This document shows, in pieces, positions 23,908 through 34,500 of a DNA stretch of 37,612 nt (position 1 is the first letter of the stretch; each line of letters opens with the position of its first letter). This DNA comes from Pseudogymnoascus verrucosus. Its lineage: Eukaryota. A program made the position numbers and the translations under genes. The DNA lies in the NCBI GenBank assembly GCA_001662655.1, contig KV460224.1. One strand, written 5' to 3'. A model generated the notes under the pieces. The model was not told the DNA's origin. It saw nothing but the letters and a program-made list of their open reading frames with translations, and made no database searches.

Positions 23908-24379
23908 TAGGATCAGCCCTAGCACACTCGGTTCTTAGTCTACGTATCTGCCATGTATCCTTCTAGACTAAAACGCAGGAACAGAGCTAGTAGCATTTAT
24001 CTAGTTCTACATTTAAATTCAGTTTTAGTGTTTTAGTACCTCTTGTTTTCTCTATATACTATAGTCCTACATTTATTATACTGTCTCTATAGCCTAATAG
24101 TACTCTATCTTTATTATTTATAATCTCAGTCGCGAGGTATGCCATGTGGGGTTTGGCGCCCTCCCGATCAGGGAAGGTGCGTGTACAGGCCTGCCGCCGC
24201 TTTCAACTATAAGAAGGTCGCTCCATCCCCCAACTCTGTCCCTCTCCACTATTGCTCCTTCCCTCCCAACATTCTCGCACCTGCTTCGCTCATTTGTGCG
24301 ACGCTTAGCCCCCTCCGTCCCCTTCAACACCACACTGCATGACCCCGCCTAACGGATCCCCCTGCTCAGCCTCGCTGCA

Positions 24380-24750
24380 GCTGAAAACCCGCAGTGGCAC
24401 ATAAACGCTTCTGCAGAGCCACAACCTCAATTTACGCCCTTTATACCAAGCTCTCTGCGATGGCAGCAAGCTCTTTGAGCATCAACCTCTTAGTCGTCAG
24501 ATCAGTCAAGATGCGAGTTCGAGCTGAGCTGCGTTCCACTCGACCTGCCTCTATTACGCCCTTCCTCCTCCCTGTGCACATCTGAATCCCTGGCATGTGC
24601 AATCTGCCTCGAGTGCCTTGCGTGTCAATGTGTGCAGTTGGCGAGCGAAATCGACGACCTTCGATAATTCTGCAACAGTGGCAACAATGGTCTCGTACCC
24701 AGCCTAGGGAACAGCTGCAATACCTCCAACAATGGAGTCGATTGCAAGGA
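24380..24750 (-). pseudogene. Possible decayed coding fragment
   Basis: Protein-like helical stretches on the minus strand (LAIDSIVGGIAAVP*AGYETIVATVAELSKVVDFARQLHTLTRKALEA; RLMLKELAAIAESLV*RA*IEVVALQKRL). They are broken by TAG at 24704-24706 and TAA at 24441-24443 and 24432-24434. No family recognised. Confidence 0.25.
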
Positions 24751-26080
24751 TAAGTCAGTGGATACCTGGTGTAGGTTCATTGAGGCCATCGGGTGCTGAC
24801 CCTCAAGTTTGAGATGCCAGAATTACTGGAAGGATTAGATCTTTGACATCTTTAAGTAGCTGTGGCTTGCCCTAAAATGCCAGTGACAGTCTACGGCTAT
24901 CTATTTCTAGTTATAACTCTCAAAATTACAGGAGACATTACACCCTCTCTCTGCCTAATAGACTCCATTGCAACATGAGCAACAAATAAAAACGCTAAAG
25001 CCAGAATTCATCTAGGAGGAGAAGCACTTTAACAAACAAGGTATATGTGTACATAGAACTATACAGCGCAGATGTTGCTTTAATCATCTATTAGAAGGGG
25101 CGCTATTATACTTATGTATCTGCTAGCAACCCTTGTTTCCAGCACCTAAGAAAGAAATTGTAGGTTCTCCTCTGACTTTTATAACATTTACTAAATAGTG
25201 ACAAGATGAATTCTTTTCCAATTCTAATAAATATATTGCCACATAACGCTAATGCGAAATATCAACCTAAACGTAATCTAGAAGATTCAGAGCAAGTGGG
25301 GAGTAAAGATAAGGGGTGCGCAGATGCAAGTAGACGGGATGAGGCCCCTACCACATGAGCGATAGCATGGATAGCCTCCCGACCAAGTGGTCCGATGAAC
25401 TCACTGGGCCAACATTGCAGGTTCATCCACGTAAATCAAATGTGTTGCCATAGTTGGCTCTAGATAGTGGAGAGGATGTATAATCAACTTCAATTCATAT
25501 CTGCTGTCGTCAGGCTCTAAATCCTCGCCTGAAACAGGACAGATCATCTCATTAAATTTAAGACTGCTTCCTTGCATTTGTTGCAAACTGGCTGTTCAAA
25601 TGTGAAGAGACTGCCAACGACGGAATGAGATCGTGGTGGGCAATTGTAAATAATCGTAACCGACAGGAAACAGAGTGAGGGAGCGACGTGGACGGAATAA
25701 AGATGGGTGGTCGTCGATCGCGCCACCCCATGGGGCCACCACCATGGTTCTAATGGCACACTGGAGACTACGTACTGGTACGTACTGCCTACGTCACCCT
25801 GTAGTTGTGAGAATTTCAGCCAAGGGTAAGTTGGTAGGCACAGAGCTTCGCAACCCCAAAGGTCACAAAGCGCGAACTCAGGGTAAGTTGCAGTGTGAGT
25901 CATATTGTTCCTCGCCTTCTATAGTCCTCTATCGCCAAGCAGGTACGTCTTCTTACGAAAGCCCTTTTACTACACCCCCATCTCTCTCCATCTCTACTGA
26001 TATATAATCAGCCCGACTAGGTCAAAGTCTAGGGAGTAGCGTCTACGAGCATCTTCATTGTTAGTAAACCCATGGGATGA

Positions 26081-26187
26081 GATCTCTCTCAGTATGATGA
26101 ATAAACAGGTAAAGACTGATTAACTTTCGACCCCACACCTAACTGACTATTAGTTCGTGGTCGGAGCTTGAGGTTATCAATCGACAA
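26081..26187 (+). repeat. Left copy of the inverted repeat (partner at 30532-30659)
   Basis: Core 26085-26149, tctctcagtatgatgaataaacaggtaaagactgattaactttcgaccccacacctaactgacta, matches the reverse complement of 30592-30657 with 2 mismatches and 1 gap. Further blocks tattagttcgtggtc and tatcaatcgacaa also match across larger indels. Confidence 0.92.
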
Positions 26188-26398
26188 TGGTTTCTAATCA
26201 TAGCGTAAAGACACTCAATTACGAGTGTAGAGAGGCATAAATAGAACAGACGTTGTGCACCCAATATCGTTTACTTCCCTGTGTAGTCAGTAGTTACTGA
26301 CCACTCTGTACTTATTCCTATTTTGTACCCTGTTTATCACTGTCACGCTATAGCGACCACCTCCAACTTCCCCCGCACTCCATCACCACCCCACAGCC

Positions 26399-27427
26399 AT
26401 GACGACTCCTACCAACATTGATCCTAAGGATATTCAAGCACACTGGGCCAAATATCAGGGCGACAAGTATGTTAAGGGCTGGGCCTCCCTCTGGGACAAA
26501 TCTGATAATCTGCCCTGGGATCGTGGCTTCCCCAACCCCGCGCTAAAAGACACCCTGGTCCAACGAGCTGGCACGATTGGCGGGCCCATCGCCAAGGACG
26601 GTCAGAGGCGGAAGGCCCTGGTGCCGGGCTGTGGACGTGGAGTCGACGTGCTCTTATTCGCGAGCTTTGGGTATGATGCCTATGGCCTGGAGTGCAGCGC
26701 CGCGGCTGTCGAAGCGTGCAAGAAGGGGGAGAAGGAGAACCATAGCCGGTACCGCGTGCAAGATGAGAAAGTTGGGAAAGGGAAGGTCACTTTCGTCCAG
26801 GGGGATTTCTTTGACGATACCTGGTTGAAGGAAATTGGAGTACCTCGAAATGGATTTGATGTCATTTATGATTACACGGTATGTATACTCACTGCCGCTA
26901 TTGGACTCCATTCCGTCATTGCTATTATTTTCTCTCCACTTGTACTCTGCGTCCTATAGAGGGACCTGCAAGATGCTTCACTCTGTCTTTAGAATTTTGA
27001 TGTGCCATTTCCAACCTACCCTGGATCCTTCTGGTCTTTCTGGAGTTTCCTTCTAATAACCATCTAGTTTTTCTGTGCTCTGAACCCAGAGCTCCGTCCT
27101 AAATGGGCTCTCCGACATACCGAGCTCCTTGCTTCCTTACATGCAGGCAATGTAATCTGTCTGGAATCTCCTCGTCACAAGGACCCCTTGGCCCCCGGCC
27201 CTCCATTTGCCTGTCCCTCCGAGGCCTACATGGAGCATCTAAGCCACCCCGGTAAGAAGATCTCCTACAACGATAAGGGTCTTGTCGATGCGGACCCGTT
27301 GCGAGAGCCCAGCAAGGCGGGCCTGGAGAGAGTGGCGTACTGGCAGCCAGAGCGCACTCACACTGTGGGCAAGGATACGAATGGGGTAATCCAGGACAGA
27401 GTCTCTATTTGGCGGCGACGTGACTAG
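26399..27427 (+). CDS. SAM-dependent halide/thiol methyltransferase (TPMT/HOL family)
   Basis: Exon 1 26399-26878, intron 26879-27067 (GTATGT...TAG), exon 2 27068-27427. Motifs: WASLWD..LPWDRGFPNPAL, ALVPGCGRGVDVLL (SAM motif I), QGDFF, FDVIYDYT|FFCALNP, GPPF and GLERVAYWQPERTH. Confidence 0.9.
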
Positions 27428-27703
27428 AAATGTGTCTGCGCATTTGTGTGACCAAAAAAGGGAGAAAATGTAAATGGAAAATATAGGAGAACTTGAAGTC
27501 CGGCCCTGGGTTTTAAAGGCCAGCTCCTAGACGCTAAAGTGACAGTCAAAATGAAGGACCGGGATGCAAAGGGCGCTTTTTTAAAGAAATTTCGCGGACA
27601 TAGGGAACATATACACTAGAAGGATTTCCTCCACTCCACAGCGGCATCCTGTTTCTAATCGTCGCATCATGCAAAGTAAGCGGACATTATATCTATTATA
27701 GAC

Positions 27704-27745
27704 AATTATTGTTATTATACATAATTATTGTTATTATACATAATT
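27704..27745. repeat. 19-bp perfect tandem duplication
   Basis: aattattgttattatacat x2 (27704-27722 and 27723-27741) plus aatt, directly abutting the bZIP stop codon. Confidence 0.85.
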
Positions 27746-29066
27746 CATGGTATTTCACACACAGGGTTAAACGCCCAAGGATCATCAAGAGTTGCAAAGC
27801 GAATGGCATTCTCAACATCGGGCTTTCGGAACGCTGGTCCGCGACCGAGACAGATAGTGCAGAGGGAAAGATCTACGACAAGGTCAGTAAAGGCACGGAC
27901 AAGAAGACACGAAGAACCATTGATCTCGGCGTTACTCACATTTAATGAAGATAGCTGCGTTGAGCTGCGGAGCCGAATTGAACCGGGGACTGGAGAGGGG
28001 CGAGCTTGGGTCCTGAATACAAATCCCTCTCTGCTGTAGCAGCCTTTGCACACCACTAGCATCCATCCACTCATTAGCACCCGATTCATTGACAATTTGC
28101 CACGTTCGAGAGGAAACGGCGAGTCGTTCAGGCGAGTAGCTGTTCCTCCTTGAACTGAGAACTTTTGTCCTCAACTCGATCGTGTCTCCTATTTCGTCGT
28201 GCATGACGGCGACGAATCCGGAGATCAAGCAGTTGCGCTCGTCGATGGCCAATCGTTTGCCGAAGATTGCTTTGACCCTTGGATCGTCTCCAGATAGGCT
28301 TGTTAATAGATAGTATCCAGTCTCGCAGCATTGTCGGACTATAAGGTGTGAGAGTGTCCAGCGCCCTTGCTTTAAGAGATTGTCGGGCGATACTATGGTC
28401 GGGAAATTCAAGGCGGGACTAGGGACGGATGAGAAGGGGATATTCGGACACGACAAGGGTATTCCGAACGGCAGAATTGCTTGTTCTTGGAAAGGAGGCG
28501 CGGGGGATAGTCCAGGCCATTGAGCCGCGAGGTCCGACGAGGACTGGAAAGTATCACCGATTATTGGCAATGAATCAAGTTGCGTTATGAGCGGATTGGA
28601 ATTTGAGATTATATCTTGTGTATCGCTAAGCGTGGGAGACGTCGATGGCGATACGTCCGCCGGGGCTGCAGGTTGTTCAGCCTCGTCGCAGCCCTTTTTG
28701 GCAAGCGACACGCATTGCTGTGTAATTTTTTGCAGAGCAACTGTGACACGAGTCTGATTTTGAAGAATCCCGGCCTCCAACAGAAGATTACTGAAGGAAA
28801 GGAACGACTCGCTGAGCTCTTCGATGCCCGACTCGAGTTCCTGTTCGCGAGATTGCAGATTGACGATCGTGGTCTCTTTTCTCTTGCGATATGCTTGCTG
28901 CGCGACGCGAAGCTGCCTTCGACGTCTCTGGATTCCTTGAGTCAGTTCCAACTTGCTCTGTAGTTGCTGGGGATGTGCCCACCTCGGGAGCTTGCTGATC
29001 GTGCGTCGCATTTCGTGGCCGGCCTCTCTTGCGAGGCGTGGGCGCGTCAGTCATTGCTTCGACCAT
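27745..29066 (-). CDS. bZIP transcription factor
   Basis: Exons 29066-28983 (MVEAMTDAPTPRKRGRPR...PE), 28927-27940 (RRRRQLRVAQQAYRKRKETTIVNLQSREQELESGIEEL) and 27872-27745 (YLSLCTICLGRGPAFRKPDVENAI). Introns GTGGGC...CTGAC...CAG and GTGAGT...CTGAC...TAG. Basic region plus zipper, AT-hook-like RGRP, and the C-terminal CLGRxPxFR motif seen in a fungal bZIP subfamily. Confidence 0.85.
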
Positions 29067-29404
29067 GGTGTATTGCTTTTGAGTCCTCTTCTCTATCTTG
29101 AAGACATGCTGTGATGTAATGGATAATCTGAGAATGCGAAAAGGACGTGACGGCGTTGCTTTACTCATCGGGCGGGGCGTCGGGACTGTTGAATAATCGA
29201 AAAATCGGTGGGTCGCCACGATTGGCCCGAACTGCGCCCAAAGTTGGAGATAACGGGCTCTCATGCTGCGTCATCAACTCATCATCAAGACCAAGCGCGG
29301 CGCAACAAGGAATATAAATAGAATCATCGACCTCAGTTTACTCTATAATTCTCCATCTCCAATGCTCTGAAATACCTTCATCTGCAGCGTACAGCTCTCG
29401 CAAC

Positions 29405-29907
29405 ATGTCTTCATTCACTCAGCCGATGCCAGTAGTTGCCTGCGGCAAGATACCCGCGATGGGGAAATCAATCTCCCAGCACATGGTGCCTGAATATGAA
29501 GGTTCTTGATATACATTCCTGAAATTAGCAAAGTATGGTGCTAATGCTCCTCAGTCATCCACTTCATGCTGTCATATGAGGCTGCAGAGGCTGAGCTCCC
29601 GCATCTGCTTGCAGGTCGCGATCCTCAGTCTCGGAGCCCCAATGAGATCGGAACCCACGATTACAGCCGGCCCCCTTGCGCGGTAATATTCGGTCGCGGC
29701 TATGATCCTCAGCAGGTTGAAGAGCTTAAGAAGAAATTCGCGGGTGTTGCTAAAGAACCTGTTGCTTGGGTGAGGGGGAACCCAGCGGATTTGCCTGCCG
29801 GGGCCGCTGGGCCTGACTACGCTCAGAATATCGTGGCGGATATGAAGAAGGTGCTTAAAAAATGGAGGGACGGGGGAGGAAACGATGAGGAGATTTTGGT
29901 GTACTAG
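29405..29907 (+). CDS. Small (~150 aa) uncharacterised fungal protein
   Basis: Exon 1 29405-29501 (MSSFTQPMPVVACGKIPAMGKSISQHMVPEYE), intron 29502-29554 (GTTCTT...CTAAT...CAG), exon 2 29555-29907 (VIHFMLSYEAAEAELPHLLAGRDP...PPCAVIFGRGY...). An AATATAAATA TATA-like element lies at about 29311. Confidence 0.8.
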
Positions 29908-30531
29908 TTGCTTTATCGGGGAGAGATTATCTGATGCCTTGCTTTTTGCCAGTTCGAATCTCACAAACACAAATTCAAGGGCCGATATCAAGGATATTTG
30001 TAACTGGTCATGGACTTTGCTAGTTGGTTCCCTAGGCTTCGATCTTTTGGCGGTCGATGTACTTCTTCTAGTCGAGGCATAGAATGAGAATGGGAGATTG
30101 AGCATCTAAATGTTTACACCAAAATCCATACATTAAAGCTGATGTTTCATCCGCAACATGGGAAGTACCATTGTTGTTCACTTTCTCCTTCGCTAGTTTA
30201 AGTGAACAATTCCACTTCCCGGAGTATCGTATTCTACAGCTACTCTTGAACACCCCAGACCACTGCGTTAAGAAAATTATGTTTGCATTGTTGCCCTCGC
30301 GCCTAACCTGCAGAGGGTCTGCTTTTATAGTGAAGCAGACTTCCTCAACCATAGCTCCACCACTCAGCTCTTACTATTTCCAAAGCATATAGTGAGATTA
30401 TACCTAAGCTCTAAGGCCTCATTCCTACGCCGGAGGTCGTCATTAACCTTGTGGCGGCTATACGGGGCAAATTCATGAATGGTTGCTATGAAAATCAATA
30501 CCTCGAGTGGAAGCGCCAACGATTTTTGGCG

Positions 30532-30659
30532 TTGTCGATGGATAGACCGCGAACCAATACTTGGCACTTCGCCCCCCACCAAACAAACATGTAGTCAGTT
30601 CAGGTGTTGGGTCGAAAGTTAATCAATCTTTACCTGTTTATTCATCATACTGAGAGATC
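30532..30659 (-). repeat. Right copy of the inverted repeat (partner at 26081-26187)
   Basis: Reverse complement of 30592-30657 is tctctcagtatgatgaataaacaggtaaagattgattaactttcgacccaacacctgaactgacta. After a ~32-nt block absent from the left copy it continues tattggttcgcggtc-tatccatcgacaa. Confidence 0.92.
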
Positions 30660-31536
30660 CTGCCGTCCTCCAAGAATTACGCCGCTCTCTATTTCTAGTC
30701 ACCATTCTCTCCTTGACATTTTTTCCCTAAAGGCTTAACTGTTATTAGGGCCGGCTATAACCCACACTCGCTCAAATCTGCCATGCGAAGTCAGGACGTT
30801 ATGATTGGTGGTGACGCAACCGGGCACTAAAAATATAAGGGTTTGACTGATGACTTAAATGCTGCGCCCACCCGGAAATATGAATAAACATTTCGACGCA
30901 AAGGTCCAATGTCTGATCCGAAGGGAGTAGTAGTTAGTGGCGATGGCAAATTAATAATCAAGCCGATAGGTTATTAGTAGCTTAACTTGGGATGAGACAA
31001 AGAAATTCCCATGGAAGAAAGATGAGCATGACCATTGAGGATAAGTGGGTTCAGTCGGTCTTCATTGACTCACGGAATTGATTCTAGTCGTTCGATTATC
31101 GTAGCTCGTAATAAATTTGATTAATTAGTCAGTCTAACTGTCGATCTACGGGGCTACCCGCCTAAATAGGGCAGGGGGGCTCCAGCAATCAAGTCCCGCT
31201 AGTCATCGTATCTACTCCGTAATGAGTTAGTGAGTTAGTTAACCTTAACTAGAGCCGGGAATGTATAATAATCACTCCGAGCGGAGATGCCTGATGATTC
31301 AACAAAGACGGTTGAACTGACTGAGGGCTTCTTTGGGCTCCGGGCCTTGAGTCGGGTTATTAATCAGAAGCTAAGTTATGGTCATATATCTCATTACTTC
31401 ATTGTTCTTATATCCTGTGCGTGATGTTGCTACTCTCCCACCGGCAACTCCAGTCGTCTGATCTCCAGCACTTTTTTCCATCGAAGTTCTTCTGCTGTCA
31501 AAGTCTGGCAAATTAGCGAATCTGAAGAGCTACAAC

Positions 31537-34500
31537 ATGGAGGTCAATCGCGACCCCGAGAAAGCGATGTACCAGGCGAGTTCGCTCGGAAAGCCCTCCG
31601 GGCAATCTCCCTCCCCAATGGCGGACCCTATCGTCAACTCCAGCGCGGAGCAGTCAGACGACGAGTCCGGCAAAAAGACCGACCCCCGAGACATCTCACA
31701 ATGGCCCATCACTCCAGATATACTACAAATACGACAACGTAACGAGACCAACGGTGGGAAATCGAAGAAACTGGGTGTGACATGGCAGAACCTCATAGTA
31801 AAGGGCATCAGCAGTGATGCGCTTTACAACGAAAATGTTCTCTCTCAATTCAACCCATTCGGGAAGGGCAGTAAGAGCCCACCCCTGAAGACTATTATCG
31901 ACAACTCTTCTGGATGTGTCAAACCCGGTGAGATGTTGCTTGTTCTTGGAAACCCAGGAGCCGGATGCACAACACTACTTAGCGTTCTATCAAACCATAG
32001 ACATGGCTTCGCAGAAATTACTGGCGACGTCTCGTTCGGTTCCATGACCAGTCAAGAAGCCAAGCAATATCATGGACAGATCATCATGAACACAGAAGAG
32101 GAGATCTTCTTTCCAGCTCTTTCAGTTAGTGACACCATCGATTTCGCCACACGTTTGAAGGTGCCCTTCCACCTGCCACCGGACATTAAGAACGAGGAGA
32201 AGTATGCCCAAATATACAAAGAATTCCTCATGAAGTCTCTCGGTATCACACACACAAAGGATACCAAGGTCGGAGATGAGTTTATTCGTGGTGTTTCGGG
32301 TGGCGAGCGCAAGCGAGTGTCCATTCTCGAATGCCTTGCGACTAGAGGCAGCGTCTTCTCCTGGGATAACTCTACTCGTGGTCTCGACGCGAGCACTGCG
32401 CTAGATTGGACGAAAGCCATGCGCGCCATGACAGATATTCTTGGTCTCACTACAATTGCCAGTCTGTACCAAGCTGGTAATGGCATCTACGAGCAGTTCG
32501 ACAAGATTCTGATTCTCGATAACGGCAAGCAGGTCTTTTACGGACCTCGAGGTGAAGCTGTGCCATACATGGAGGATCTTGGCTTCCTATGCGACCCTGC
32601 AGCCAACAAGTCAGATTTTCTCACGAGCGTATCGGCACCTGCTGTACGCTCAATTGCCCCAGACTTTGAGGACCGATTTCCTCGATCAAACGAGGAGCTG
32701 CTCGCTGCTTATAACAACTCGCCCATCAAGCCAAGGATGATGGCCGAGCTCGACTACCCCAATAGCCCCGAAGCTCTGCAGAATACGGCAGACTTCAAGG
32801 AACAGGAGGCTCAAGACAAGCACAAGAACCTCCCAAAGAATGCTGCGGAGTCCGCAGGATATTTCCATCAGGTGCAGACGGCTACCATACGCCAATTTCA
32901 GATCCTCTGGGGCGACAAGCAAACCCTGTTCATCAAGCAAGCCACAACTATCGTTCAGGCGCTGATCGGTGGCTCACTGTTCTATAATGCTCCGGACAAT
33001 ACAGCGGGCTTGTTCATCAAGGGAGGCTCACTCTTCTTCTCTCTACTATATCCTACCTTCATCGCTCTCGCCGAGGTTACGGATTCGTTCGTCGGTCGAC
33101 CCGTCTTAGCCAAACACCGAGACTTCGCTCTCCACCATCCATCTGCCTTTGTCTTCGCCCAGGTCATTACCGACATCCCGATCATGCTCTTCCAAATCTC
33201 GCACTTTGGAATTGTGCTGTACTTCATGACTGGATTCCAGTACACCGCCCAGGCTTTCTTCATCTTCTGGCTCATCAACTTGATCTCGGCCCTGGCTATG
33301 ACACAGCTGTTCAGGTTCATCGGTGCCGCTTTCCCGAATTTCGACGCAGCAACTAAAGCTTCTGGATTCACCATCGTCGCTGCCTTCACATATGCAGGAT
33401 ACATGATTCCCAAGCCCGACATGCACCCTTGGTTCGTTTGGTTCTTCTGGATCGACCCCATGGCATACGCGTTCGAAGCATTGCTCGCGAACGAGTTTCA
33501 CGATCAGGTGATTCCTTGTGTTGGCCCATTCCTGGTTCCAAATGGCGAAGGATATAGCCCCGAAACAGGAGGCGGACAAGCATGTACCGGCGTCCGTGGT
33601 GCGCCTCCTGGAGCAACCAGCGTTACTGGTGACCAATACCTGGCTTCCATGTCCTTCAGCCACAGCAATCTTTGGCGCAACTTTGGCATTCTCTGCGCGT
33701 GGTACGTTTTCTTCCTGGCAATGACCGTCTTCTTTACTTCCAGGTGGAAGCAGATGGGCGAAGGTGGTCGCGGCCTCCTCATCCCTCGTGAGAAGCAGAA
33801 GAAGGTACCTAAGGCCGGGGTTGCGGATGAGGAATCCCAGGCTGTCGAGAAGCCATCCGAGAGCTCCAGCTCCGATTCCAAGAAGTCTGACGCAACCATC
33901 GATAATCAGCTCGTTAATAATACATCGGTCTTTACCTGGAAGAATCTGACTTACACCGTCAAGACACCGCATGGCGATCGCCTTCTTCTCGACAACGTTC
34001 AAGGATTTATCAAGCCCGGTACGCTCGGTGCTCTTATGGGATCTTCAGGTGTAAGGACACTATCAATGCGATTGACAGATGGATATACGCTAACATTTTC
34101 ACTCAGGCCGGAAAGACTACATTGCTCGATGTTCTAGCTCAACGCAAAACTGATGGTACCATTCATGGCTCCGTTCTAGTCGATGGTCGCCCGCTCCCTG
34201 TGTCCTTCCAACGATCTGCTGGCTACGTCGAACAGATGGATGTCCACGAGTCATTGTCCACGGTACGCGAGGCTTTGGAATTTTCTGCTCTTCTTCGTCA
34301 GAATCGTGAAATTCCCCGCGAGGAGAAGCTCCGCTATGTGGACACGATCGTCAGGCTTCTACAGTTGGAAGATCTCGAGCACACCCTCATCGGTCGGCCT
34401 AGTGCCGGTCTTTCAGTTGAACAGCGCAAGCGTAAGTCTGAATCCATCGAACAGAGTCGAGGCAGACACTAATAACTTATCAGGTCTCACAATTGGTGTT

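Noticed and set aside
33106..34002. 298-aa antisense ORF inside the ABC transporter, and similar antisense ORFs over the PPR, BCS1, SDR and GAL7 genes
   Set aside because: Shadow ORFs caused by codon bias of the real gene on the opposite strand; no recognisable motifs.
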